Made by a program: the position numbers and the translations under genes. The notes under the pieces were generated by a model, which saw only the letters and a program-made list of their open reading frames with translations, was not told where the DNA came from and did no database searches. Below are positions 1-10,663 of a stretch of DNA of 64,000 bases, in pieces. Origin of the DNA: Marsupella aquatica (lineage: Eukaryota > Plantae > Marchantiophyta). Position 1 is the first letter of the stretch. Each line of letters starts with the position of its first letter. The stretch spans positions 4,017,659 to 4,081,658 of the forward strand of contig OZ316895.1 in the NCBI GenBank assembly GCA_973895155.1, in the 5' to 3' direction.

Positions 1-374
1 GTTGGTGTCTTGTACACCTTCAAAATGACTTCCTCTGTCCACTTCAGAGGTCGAGTTCTAATGGGCGCTTTGACTGCAGACTCCTTGTCAATAAGATCCT
101 GAAGTAAAGTCAAAGAAGAAATTGTCCATGGCAATTTAAGTAGGAAAGCGCAGCCCATCTTTTGCAAATTACATGTCAATGTTTCCTTGTCCTCAGCAGA
201 CTGTCGAATCTTCACTCGGATGTTGCGCGCTGTCGGCATCCGGAAAGGAATCGGGTCTCTCCGCTGGGTAGGCACTGCCCGCGATCCTGTTCCCCTGGAT
301 CTTGGCATTGTCGTAGATGCTCCCTTCAATCCCCAATGTCTACTCCGGCGAAGTGAAGGAGGCGCATGTAGCAT
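1..374 (-). CDS. Partial ORF running off the window edge; uncharacterised TE-associated protein
   Basis: Manual translation from the ATG at 374 is open to position 1: MLHAPPSL...MPRSRGTG...LQKMGCAFLLKLPWTISSLTLLQDLIDKESAVKAPIRTRPLKWTEEVILKVYKTP. Preceded directly by an acceptor-like TTTTGCGCTGCAG. Absent from the ORF track because it has no stop in the window. Confidence 0.55.
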   Translation of the reverse strand, partial: MLHAPPSLRRSRHWGLKGASTTMPRSRGTGSRAVPTQRRDPIPFRMPTARNIRVKIRQSAEDKETLTCNLQKMGCAFLLKLPWTISSLTLLQDLIDKESAVKAPIRTRPLKWTEEVILKVYKTP

Positions 375-639
375 CTGCAGCGCAAAATTGCAATCATCCG
401 CCCGAGATCCTAAAACTCACTTGCAAACGCTGCCAAATCACACATTGTGGATTGTGGTTTGTGTCATTCACATTAGAGGGATCGTGGTAGGCCCTAAACC
501 CTAATTAGTATGTGCTGAAAGCACAGCTTAGAGCGAGAGTTCCCCTTCCAAAAGTGCTAAGTGTGAACATCTAGGCTTCGTTCTTACCCTAAACACACTA
601 CCTGAAAAAAGGGCTGAAATGTAGCCCTGGATTTTAATG

Positions 640-843
640 AGCTTTGGGTGGCCTATGACCATTTGGCTGGCCTTTAACCGGGGATCCTGTTTTGTAAGAC
701 CATTTGGCTGGCCTTGAACCATTTGGCTGCCCTTGAACCATTTGGATGCCCTTGAACCATAAACTAGCCTTAAACCAAACGGCTAAGAATTGTTTTTAGA
801 CCATTTGGGTGGTATTGAACCATTTGGGTGGCCTTTAACCATT
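640..843. repeat. Degenerate ~19-bp tandem repeats (CCATTTGGCTGGCCTTGAA-like)
   Basis: Several copies at ~640-760 and ~800-843, between two cargo ORFs. Confidence 0.8.
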
Positions 844-1004
844 TCAGAATTACACTTAGCCATAATCATGAGTGAATGTTTAATGAGAATGTGATGAAAC
901 AATATCATTCAACAAGAATCTCCACATCACTTGGTCATCTGTAACTGAAAGTGTTTGGGGTCCACAATATAAAACCCAATGCATAAATGGGCAAAAGAAA
1001 CAAA

Positions 1005-2122
1005 CTAAGTACTGGGTGCCCACTTGGACTCATTATAGGACCTCTTCACTCGCCTCTTCATATGATGCAAATCATGCTCAAGTTGTAAAACCTTCTCCTT
1101 TGCCGCAAGGAGCTCATCCTCCACCTTCATAATGTCACTCCTCAACTCTATCCAATGGTCCGAGGGAGGCAATTCCTCTGGTACAATTGGACCCGGCCCT
1201 GCCCTAAGGTGCAAGTAGAACAACCGGAGTCCCAAGTCAGTAGAGTCAATGGGTACATCAGGCTCATAAAGAGGTGTCCACCTCAAATGTGTCGACTGGA
1301 ATCCGCCTGACATGGGACTATGGTAGTCAGGGGTAAGTGACCTGGACAGATCATCTCTAGTACACTCCAAAGGATGGTCAGGTGATGGGAAAGAGTCTGG
1401 CGCTGACGTGTAACCAAGTGTCGGAGAATCCGGAGGTGGGAGGTGTACTGCCAGAGTTTGGGACTCTAGTGCCGAGGGTGCCGCAACATGTGTGAGGTGA
1501 ACTGCCTGGGGTTCCTCCAACAAGGGGGTGGGAAGTGCTGGAGGTGGCCGAAGAAGTGGGCGTATAATACCATTGATGATCCAAAAGGGCTCATCCTCAC
1601 GCAAAGTGGGCCAGCGAAAAACAATGTCAAAGGTAAATGGAGAAGTGCAAAGTGAGGGCATCTTCTCAGACATAACCCGAAACTGCTGGTCAAGTGGGAG
1701 TGCGCTAAAGTCAGCGCAATCAAAAGGGACCTGCCCATCGCCAAGGAGGTCTGATGCCGCATCCCACACGGTGGCCTCTATGTGTGAGTATCATCATCAA
1801 TGTGCAAACTAAATCTCCAGAACCACCGTGTGTCCTGCCTGTCATCACAGACACCTGCATGTAAGGATGGTGTAGGGCCCCCATCCATATCCAATCGTCG
1901 TGACGGTCCATAAGCTCTCTTGCAAATGCGAGACGACTGTGGGATCCTCTTGGTGCATCCTAAATATGAGAAACATACCAATGTAGGGATGACCGCCACA
2001 ACATGAGCTCGAGTGTGGGCTTTCAGTTGCCCACCAACAGGGAGGTCATGAGCTCTCTCCAATAATGATGCAAATGTCTTCACCCCTCGGACACAAATCC
2101 TATCAGTACGGAAAGAACTCAT
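1005..2122 (-). pseudogene. RPA70 C-terminal-like OB-fold protein with Pro-rich linker and C-terminal coiled coil; one frameshift near 1790
   Basis: Joining ORFs 1778-2122 and 1005-1769 gives FSYLGC..CKR...RWFWRFSLHIDDDT/SHIEATVWDAASDLLG...FTFDIV. This resembles the Rep_fac-A_C pattern YxAC..C.K...Y.L...I.D.T....F..A..LLG. Heptad-like tail ELRSDIMKVEDELLAAKEKVLQLEHDL. Confidence 0.5.
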
Positions 2123-2445
2123 CCTAGAAAGTCATGCAAAACAAGATCTGGGTTAGTTGTTTACACTTTCAACCCCAAACATGCAATATGATATATAGGG
2201 TTTGTTAGACAATGGGCGGAAAAGAAGAGCAACCACAACCCAACGGTGTCATTTAGTATTATACACAACAAAGTGAAGAGTGGGAGTAATGTAGGGTTTG
2301 GCAAGAGAATTCCCATATGATGACTTTTTTATAGACAAAATGTCATTATTTAGGGATACAAGCAACATAGATGGGGTTTGGTATGCATGGAGTGTGAAGT
2401 AAACCCTATTGGAAATAAAGCTATACATCATCCTCAATCAGTGGC

Positions 2446-3000
2446 TTAGTATGCTAAAGCTGGGTACTCCATCATCAGCTGCATGGCCTCATCTAACCCT
2501 AAACCTTCGTTCTCCCAAGCATCCCAAGAATGTCCCTGTGCAAGCAAGGGCCCTAATGCCCTCCAATGTGCACTGTTGTCTATGAGGTCTCTCCAACTAG
2601 TGCTAACCACTCTATAGTATGTAATGTGTGTGGCTTGTGCCATAAACATGAAGCGAGGCAAAATGTGTGTAAGAACCACATGGTCTGGGAGATGTGGTAT
2701 GAGGTCATTTGTGGCCCTAAATGGCAGCCTATGATATGGAGGGTCATCATCAGCTGAGAAATAGGCCTCATCATCAGAGAAATGGTCTTCCCTGGTGGTT
2801 GCGGTGGGAAACCAACGCCGTAAGTGAGGTTCAATCCACATTTTGTATACACCAAATAAAATGTGAAAGACCTGTGAAAGAAGACCGAACAGGCACGACA
2901 AGATGGTGGAAATGTTCAACCATGTCATCTGAAATAAGAAAGCAACACCCAATAAATAAATGGTAGGCTTTTTATTAATAATAATGAGTAGTACTGACAT
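2446..3000 (-). CDS. Intronless F-box-like protein with hydrophobic N-terminus
   Basis: LIPHLPDHVVLTHILPRF...YYRVVSTSWRDLID matches the F-box consensus LP.D....IL.RL....R.V.K.W..L. The first ~50 aa are hydrophobic. Confidence 0.6.
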   Translation of the reverse strand: MSVLLIIINKKPTIYLLGVAFLFQMTWLNISTILSCLFGLLSQVFHILFGVYKMWIEPHLRRWFPTATTREDHFSDDEAYFSADDDPPYHRLPFRATNDLIPHLPDHVVLTHILPRFMFMAQATHITYYRVVSTSWRDLIDNSAHWRALGPLLAQGHSWDAWENEGLGLDEAMQLMMEYPALAY

Positions 3001-3011
3001 AAACTTGGCAA

Positions 3012-3627
3012 CTATGCACGAAATTTGACCGGTGACAATCCAAGACTATTGCCATGATATACTCCACATACAGAGTATGCATCTGGCTTGTACAATAATG
3101 TAGCATGAAATCCTAATTCCCGCAAGCGCCCACGAAGAGCAAAGACATCGGTAGTGTCAGTGAAGTTTTTAGACCAAATGCAAATGACATGTTTGCCAAT
3201 TGGCACTTTCTCTTCCTTTGGATGTCCATCTTTGTCAGGCTTAACATGCACCGTAGACACCTTGGCATCATGTGACAAATCCCCCTTTAACCACTGATAT
3301 TGCTACTTTAGCCCAATCATGGTCTACTTTGTCCCGATCCACAAACATCATCCATTTCCCATGGAGGACATTATGGGTGACAGCTAGTGACTCAATATGG
3401 CCGGTGGTAAGTCTGTCTAGAGAAGACAAGCAAAGATGGTCCCAGGCTACGGCCAAAGCAAGTGTGTTCACAGTAGCATCCAGCTTGTGGGCAAATTGCG
3501 CACTAACTATTAACCATTCTATATGGTTGAAGGGAACACTTGATGGCTTCCATGTTTCAAGGAATTGGCCAATGGTTTGGTACTCGCTATCATATGCAAC
3601 CACATGGTCTGAAGTACCAATATCCAT
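3012..3627 (-). pseudogene. DUF1917 / C11orf68 (Bles03, eIF4E-like fold) family protein; +1 frameshift in a G run at 3281-3285
   Basis: Motifs GKWMMF..VDHDWAKVA..V..G, AKVS, HVICIW..NF.D..DV..L...LRELG, LLYKPDAYS..GVY..N. Deleting one G from the run fuses ORFs 3268-3627 and 3012-3278 (KGDLSHDAKVS). Confidence 0.75.
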
Positions 3628-4916
3628 ACTAGATAAAAGTCATGCAAGTAGTAAGGGAAGCATGAGGTCTTAATATGAGGTTCATTCGTAAGGAGACACC
3701 CTTAGGTAAGAAAAATGTAATGAGATAAATTGGGTAACTATTGGGTTCAGATGGTTCCAAACCCGGGGAAGTGGGTTAGCATTCTGAGGGAGATGTAAGC
3801 AAGTACATGTCACACCATTAGTTGGATCCACAACATGTGTGGCACTTATTCATATATGCTGGACTTTAGTGACAGAAGTCTGGCGAGAAGTTATCATATA
3901 TATGTGACTCGAAGCAGTGTGAGTAAGATGAGAAGCGCTACAAGTCCAAGGCTGGAACAGTATACAATTCACTGAAAAGCGAAGTATGAAGACCACACGA
4001 CTTGTGTAGCGGCTTATGGATGATTCAGATGTGAGTGATGAGGAAGCAGGAACACGACCTGCTCTATGTGGATTGGAGGTAACGAGTGCCCCAAATGAAA
4101 AGTCTGGGCAGTGACTACAGTTCAAGAAAATTTTGCGCAGAATTTTGTTTTACGCCACCCATTGGTGGAAGTATAGTTGTCAGTTCGGGGCTGAAATAGA
4201 AATCAGAGGGAGGGAGCATAGGCTACACAACCTCAATGTGCTTGAATTCAACAGCGCAAATGCAATAAGTACTGAACAGTAGCAAATGCAGCAGCGCAAC
4301 GTACACAAAAATGCAGGAGTACCAGTGTAATGTAGCAGCGCAAAAGCAGAGGAGTGCAGCAAAATCACACAAGACAATGGCTAAGAAAATGTAATGGACT
4401 CGCAGCAGCAAAAACACTATAATAGCAAAAGCAACAGACATTGGCTGACATAACTGCAGTAAAAACAAGGTGCTCAAAAGTCCAACCTTGTCTGGAGCAA
4501 GCACGTGTTCGGGAGTTTCTTTCTTTAAAAACTGCATTTTTCTGTACCACAGAGAGGCGCTTCAGTTGGCGCTCCTTCATAAGAACATATACCACACAAA
4601 TGATTAGCTATGGTGGACAAATCAACACACAATGCTCAAAGAGGTAGAAAGCCAGGCAACATTGTCCTCACCTTTCAGACGCGACGACAAGCTTCCCAAC
4701 AATCCTGTCGCTCCATCTAGAAGTACTAGAAAAGTAACGGGACGGAGTGACCTGCTGCCAGGACTGGTTGACCGGGAGATTGAACTGAAACCTGTAGTCG
4801 CGGGTCATCTGACCATTTACAGGTCACATTTTGGACAGAACCAGAATGAACAGTGCGGGAGCATATTCGAGTGTTTGGGTCCAGTCCATGCAGGCTTTGT
4901 TTATCCACCGGGGCTT

Positions 4917-4954
4917 CGTGGACAACGCCCCAGTCCATCCGGGCTTTAGGTCCC
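4917..4954 (-). repeat. Putative MULE terminal inverted repeat (copy 1)
   Basis: Minus strand reads GGGACCTAAAGCCCGGATGGACTGGGGCGTTGTCCACG. The adjacent 9 bp (4955-4963) are ATTTTTCTA. Confidence 0.6.
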
Positions 4955-5399
4955 ATTTTTCTAGTACTAAGATATATCTGTAAGGACATATAAAATATTA
5001 AATGTCAATTGAAAGTCAGATTTTATAGTATGATAAGTGAAAACCAGGTTATAAATACAATCAAACTAGAAGAATAGACTGAACTCTCTACTTGTGCTAA
5101 TATTTTTATTAGATTTGTAGTCACACCCTTATTAGTAGTCACACCCTAAACCCTAAACTATTTATGCAGGGAGACTATAAAAGTTATGATACTAATTATG
5201 GTAAACAGTGTAGGTCAAGCCTATGGGCAGAAATAGAAAAAGTATGCACAGCCAAATTTTGATTATGGTTATGGGCAGAAAAAGGTATGCACTACCAAGC
5301 CCCAAAACAAGAAGCATGCACAGAGACTTTGGGGATCACACCAGTGTATGATATCCTCCATAGGAGCCTCACTCTCTGGTCTCAAAATCTAGGGGCATC

Positions 5400-5830
5400 C
5401 ATGAGCAAGGGTGCTATCTCATTTGAGTGGTAAAGATAGTTACAAGGATACTAGCCCAAGCCAAGCTCACATACTCAGGAGTATCATGCAAATCCTTGGA
5501 CCTAGGATCAAAGAGTGATATACCTCTAGAAAAAAAATGGGACAGAGTACAATATTAGCGTCTTGCCATGATCCTAGTGTGGAGTTCCATCTCAAACTTA
5601 CTCTCTTTCCTATACTGCATTAGTCTACAGTCCTCTCTAGACCACTTTTGTTAGTCAACAAAAGGCAAGAGTATGTGGCAACGATCTTAGGTCTTATACA
5701 AGGACAATGCTTATGTCAGTTTTTTTCCCTTTTCTTTGTATACCAAGTGTGTGGAACTATCCTGCCACAAAATCTCATGCAAAAACAATAAAACCATTCA
5801 TATTCTGCATCATTCCCAAGTAGCCCCTTC
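5400..5830 (-). pseudogene. Possible highly decayed hAT transposase remnant
   Basis: Minus-strand snippets LRWNSTL (~5575-5597) and LFDPRSK (~5494-5514) recall the hAT RWNST and LDPRFK motifs. Their spacing is too short, which would require an internal deletion. Confidence 0.3.
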
Positions 5831-5984
5831 AAACATTCTTCGCACCAGAGCAATTCCTCACTCATTGAAAACCATGGTATGAATAAGTAATACCTTAAGT
5901 TATTATGTACTTTTGCCAAAATATACGTCTGGTTTTGTACATGTAAAGGTATAGAAAACAATTCCAGGGCAAGTAAAGCAGGAG

Positions 5985-6110
5985 GTATAGAGAATTGCAT
6001 ACCTGCCAGGTAAGACATCCAACAAGAAACTTTTTGTATAGAGAATTGCATACCTGCCAGGTAAGACATCCAACAAGAAACTGGCAAAAAGTTTGCCTGC
6101 CAGGTAAGGT
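5985..6110. repeat. 52-bp tandem duplication plus a partial third copy
   Basis: GTATAGAGAATTGCATACCTGCCAGGTAAGACATCCAACAAGAAACT at 5985 and 6037. Confidence 0.85.
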
Positions 6111-8760
6111 ATATCATAATCCTTTACTTTTTTTTACTCTACCGCATTACCTTCCTTGACGTGCCAAACACTAGTATCCATTTATTTGTTTGTTTGGAAC
6201 AAAAGTGGGGAACCCTGCCTTAGCGGAGCTATTGTGCAACTGGTTGAGCGGATCCAGGGAAAATCCCCTCTTTCTACTTGGTATTTTACTTTGTTGCTGA
6301 TAAAGAGGAGGTTTTGTAGGGATGATTGCACATGGCTCAAAGGACCCACCCAACAAGGTGCCTTCAAGCAAAGACTGCAAACTCATATGTTGTATCTTGC
6401 CCCACCATTTGGATTGTTATGGGAGAGTTGCTTATTGTTGAACCATTTATGATCCAAAATATATATTATCAGTGAAGTGACCAGATTTTTCATAAAGCAC
6501 TGATGCAAAAAGGCATTACTTTCTAAATCACTTGTCAACTTTATAAAATAAATAGGTAACATTGAATTTAAAACGTATGATGACAAGACTTGCTAAGGGA
6601 TGACCTTGTCATCATATCATTTATCAACGTGGCACCATTTCATGGGCCATTGCGTGTAACCAGAGAATATGATTTTTCTAAGGAAAATAATTCTTGTAAC
6701 CTAAAGAATTAATTCCACAAAAATCCACGTTTGTATTGGTGAGCTAACAAAGTGCACACAAACTGAATGATGCTACACTATTCACCAGTATTAGTCTTAC
6801 TCCATTTGGGGTGACTCTACATAAAAAAATGGTACAGTTTCAACTTGAATGTTGACATTTTTCTCTTACTGCTAAGCTGTCAAAGTTGAGCCAAATTAAT
6901 GGAACACATATCAGCCTTGTCAACACCCTAAAGAGTGCTGATGCACTAGCTCCTGGCCATGACCAAAGTGTGGAGAGCCTTGAGGTTATTATAATTCTCT
7001 TTCAGAGTATTAGTTGCTTAAATATGAAATATCTGTGGAGATAGTTGTTTTTGGAATAGATATATAATTTGTCCCAAATAACTAATTGCTTCTCTCCTCA
7101 TCGCTTTTAATGCTGCCTGAGTCATAAACTCCTGGATAGGATTGCAGGTGGGATGCAAAGAGCTGCTTGAGTAATAAACTCCTGCATAGGATTGCAGGTG
7201 GGATGCAAAGGATTGTTGTCTCTATATCCAACCTGAGATCCAACAGCTATGCCCTTGAACTCATGCTACACTCAAAATGCTTAAGACTTGTTTAATTTAT
7301 TGCCCCTTCTTCTCATATCCTACTCAAAGAGTATTATGTTGTGGAGGAGGACGGGCGATGGCGGGGGATGGCGATGGCGGGCGGAGCACTACGAGAGGAT
7401 GGCGGGCGATGGCGGAGCACAGCAAGTCAGAGCGCCTCCCCATGGCGGAGAGATGGACAAAGTCGAGCGTAGACAGGCTAGGGGGAAGAGCAAGGGAGTA
7501 AGGAGGTACAAATCAAAGGCAAGAGAGTCTCGTCTGATTGCAACTAGCAAGGGAAGGCAGGAACACGATTCTATCGCATCAAGCAAACGGACCCATTCCT
7601 CGGGCCTCAGATAAGTACCCACGCTCAGTAAAAAAATCAGAATTCAACACTGAAATTGCAAAATAATGATAGTTGTTTCTCAATTGTAAAACTGGGTGTA
7701 AAACGCAAGGAAAATAGTACGTATCCAAGAACCATCGCTGCATGTTCAGAAGGAACACTAGAAAGGCACTAAGTATCCTTCAATAACAATTCGGAGAGTT
7801 CAACAAACTTATTAACGCAGAGTAGACATGAATAAATTGCATGGGCAACAGACAGAATAAGCTTCAATTCAGGAAGTCAAAAAGGCAGAAAAGATGACAG
7901 CTACAGTGCAAGGAACACACAGAGAAAACATGTGAAGAGAACAGTCAAATGGAAAAAAAGATAGAAATACAACACAAGAAATACAAAAAAGCCAAGAAGA
8001 GAAGAGAGGGGAAGGAACATTCAAGAAAAGGTAAATAAAAACAAGAACACCGCTGTAAGGTAGTTACTATATTAGAGAAAGAGTAAACGTCCAAGGTACT
8101 GAAACAAGTGATACAAGTTAGGTTGACACTCACACATACCAGGAATTCTGACCAAAGAGAAGTATGCCAATGCAGGAAGATCTAGAAACAGGTTCATGCA
8201 CACACATACCAGGAATTCTGACTCAAGAGCAGTATACCAAAGAAGGGAGATCCAAAAAGCAGTAATGTACGACAACAGCGGTGCCCAAGAAAACTACAAT
8301 GGTACCAGGAGAACAAAGACAAGTAGGTGACAACGACAAGTAGATGCCAAAAGTTAAGTAGAAAGGTAAGAAACAAGGTTAAAAATAAAAAAGGAGAGGG
8401 GTAGTCAGTCTGAAGGACACGAGCAAACAGAAAGAAGTGAACAGAAAAACCAGAAATAGCAAGAAGGTTAGAAGGTACTAGCACCAGACGAAAAGGGACC
8501 TAAATAGTAATGGCAGATAAAGTCTCACGTTCAAGAAACTAAAGAACAAGACATGTATAAAGCCCATAAGAACGTAAGTATCTGAAGCAAAAAGAGTAAA
8601 CAAGAGAGCAATCGCGAACAAGTTATTAGCACCACGGGGGAAGGGTAGGGCAAGCTAGAAATGCGCACAATCATAGGCTTCAACCTTAAGCTCTATGTAT
8701 AGTCCAGATAGTGCGAGAAAGGTTTAGTCTGAATCATTCAACCAGTGTATCAAATACACA

Positions 8761-10583
8761 GATGGCCAGGCTCAGCGAAATATTCAAGGAAGAGGGACTG
8801 GAGTGTGCAAGGCGTGATAACCAGCATAAATCCTCTCCGGCAATGACACGAGACGTAGCGCAGAAGGAGCAATGCATGGGGAAAGAACCGAGGAGGGAAG
8901 TAGGGGAAGATGTAACTAGGCAGGGAGTATGCGATCAGGAGAAATATGCTGGAATAGATCGGGTGACAAACTCTATGACCCAGTGGTCTATTTCTTCGGA
9001 ATGTCAATCAGCCATTCGTTCCCTATCAGCAAAGCAATTAAGTGACGAAGGTCCGAAGGTACAGCTGCGATGGAAGTAAGTATCAAAGCGGCATCTATTA
9101 TTGTTTCATAACTTCTTTCAAAAGCAGTCCTATTTGTTTTTGTCGGGAGAGCTCCTCCCTTTCAGCGGGCTTTTCAGTTATTCCATAAATGGGTAGAGGA
9201 TGAATTTTGCTTTTGGAGAAAGTGGATTCTAAAGAGTGTTAAATACGTAGGACTAAATTACTTTATGGTGACCTTCGGAGCGCATGATCACAAGAAGTTG
9301 GCTCTCGCTAGCTCCCCCTGGTACATGGGGAATAAATATGTATATTTCATCCCATGGGACCCAGCATTCTCCTCGCATACGCCATTTCTAGGTAGGATGC
9401 CTGTGTGGGCAATTCTTAAGTTCCGGGAACTAGCATTGGAAGGGAATGGGGAACAATTGTTTGCCAAAATGGGAGAAGTACTTCAATTCTATCCCACATC
9501 TGAAGATTCCTCCTCTCCTCATGACAGAGCGTGTATTCTGTGGGACATGAATAAGCCCCTTCCCGAAATCCTGGCCATAAGTCTGAGCGGTATTTCCCAA
9601 GGAGCAGCAATCACTATCCATCAACGGGTAGAGTATACCCACATACCATATGTATGCTATATATGCAAGGAGTTGGGACACCTCAGTCTTCAATGTCTGC
9701 GGAAAAAAGAGCAACCCGAAAGAGAGGAATTGACTAGTACTCCAATCCATTCCTCACCTAACAAGGTGAGTGCGATCTCTCCCCCCATGAGGTCAAACCA
9801 GAGGGAGGCGTACATCAACTGTCGTGAATTGGGGGGCCCAAGTTTGATCACCCAGGTAGTATCAGATGTCCAATATGCAGGCCTCCTTCCCGCCCCCTCC
9901 ATGAGCCTAGCATCAACCGCTATAAAGATTCCTTACAGTCTGATATTCGAGAACCGGAGATCAGACAGTGTTTCTTCTCCCTTGGTTATCATCCCAAATT
10001 TAAGGACACTTATTCTGCAAATGAATAGGAGAAATAGAATGGTGGAGGAGCTCTACTCGGAGCAGCTACAAACCACTATTAGCAACTGGCAAAAACCAAT
10101 TGCAATACCTCAGGAAGTGACCAATCTATCGAATCAGGTACCGTGGGAAACAATGCTAGTTCACAACCAACCACGGCAACTAGGGAACCTTCCTCGGTGT
10201 GGGATGCAGCTGCTGAAGTTCTGGTCTCTCATTCATCAGTGGGTCCTCTCACAGATTTTGACATTAATGCTCAGTCTGGTCGAAAAAACCTCATCGGGCC
10301 ACCAAACTCTTCAAAATTGATGTCCAAAAGGAGAAAGAGTATGCTGACACGGAGCTCCGACAACCACATCATCAAGAAGAAGAAGAAGCTGGGATCGCTG
10401 TTTTCTTCTCCAACCATGAGGGTACCAGGTAGGACATTCACCACCCTACTGTATAATCAGATATTAGGGGAAGGAATGGGTGGATACACGTATCAGGAGG
10501 AGTCCACAACAATGGAGGAGGATTCAGGCCGTGATAGCAACTCATCAAGCTCTGAGTACGAGACTCAGTCAGGGCTCTCATAG
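8761..10583 (+). pseudogene. LINE ORF1 (DUF4283/RRM-like region plus CCHC knuckle)
   Basis: SPWYMG..YFIPWDP.F.....PVW and CYICKELGHLSLQC. Disrupted into ORFs 8711-9079, 9265-10320 and 10143-10583. Confidence 0.8.
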
Positions 10584-10663
10584 GAATAGAGCAATAGATA
10601 GATAATCTCAAGTGTCATAGCAGTAACTAATAGTAGCTTCTCAGTAAGTATAATACAAGTACT

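Larger units (their letters stand above)
1..4954 (-). mobile_element. Cargo-bearing arm of a probable Mutator-like element (continues beyond the left window edge)
   Basis: Ends in a 34-bp motif (4917-4950) that is 30/34 identical to the terminal motif upstream of the MULE transposase (38275-38308). Contains four minus-strand ORFs reading inward from this end. A Helitron origin (CTAG|T at 4961-4965, RPA-like gene) is a weaker alternative. Confidence 0.55.

Noticed and set aside
4930-4965. Helitron 3' end (CTAG|T)
   Set aside because: No strong GC hairpin upstream, and the same motif also terminates the MULE arm. Kept only as a minor alternative.
7277-8600. Short ORFs in the GGC-rich and A-rich region upstream of the LINE
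   Set aside because: Low-complexity, strand-biased sequence with no recognisable domain; probably LINE 5' UTR or another repeat.
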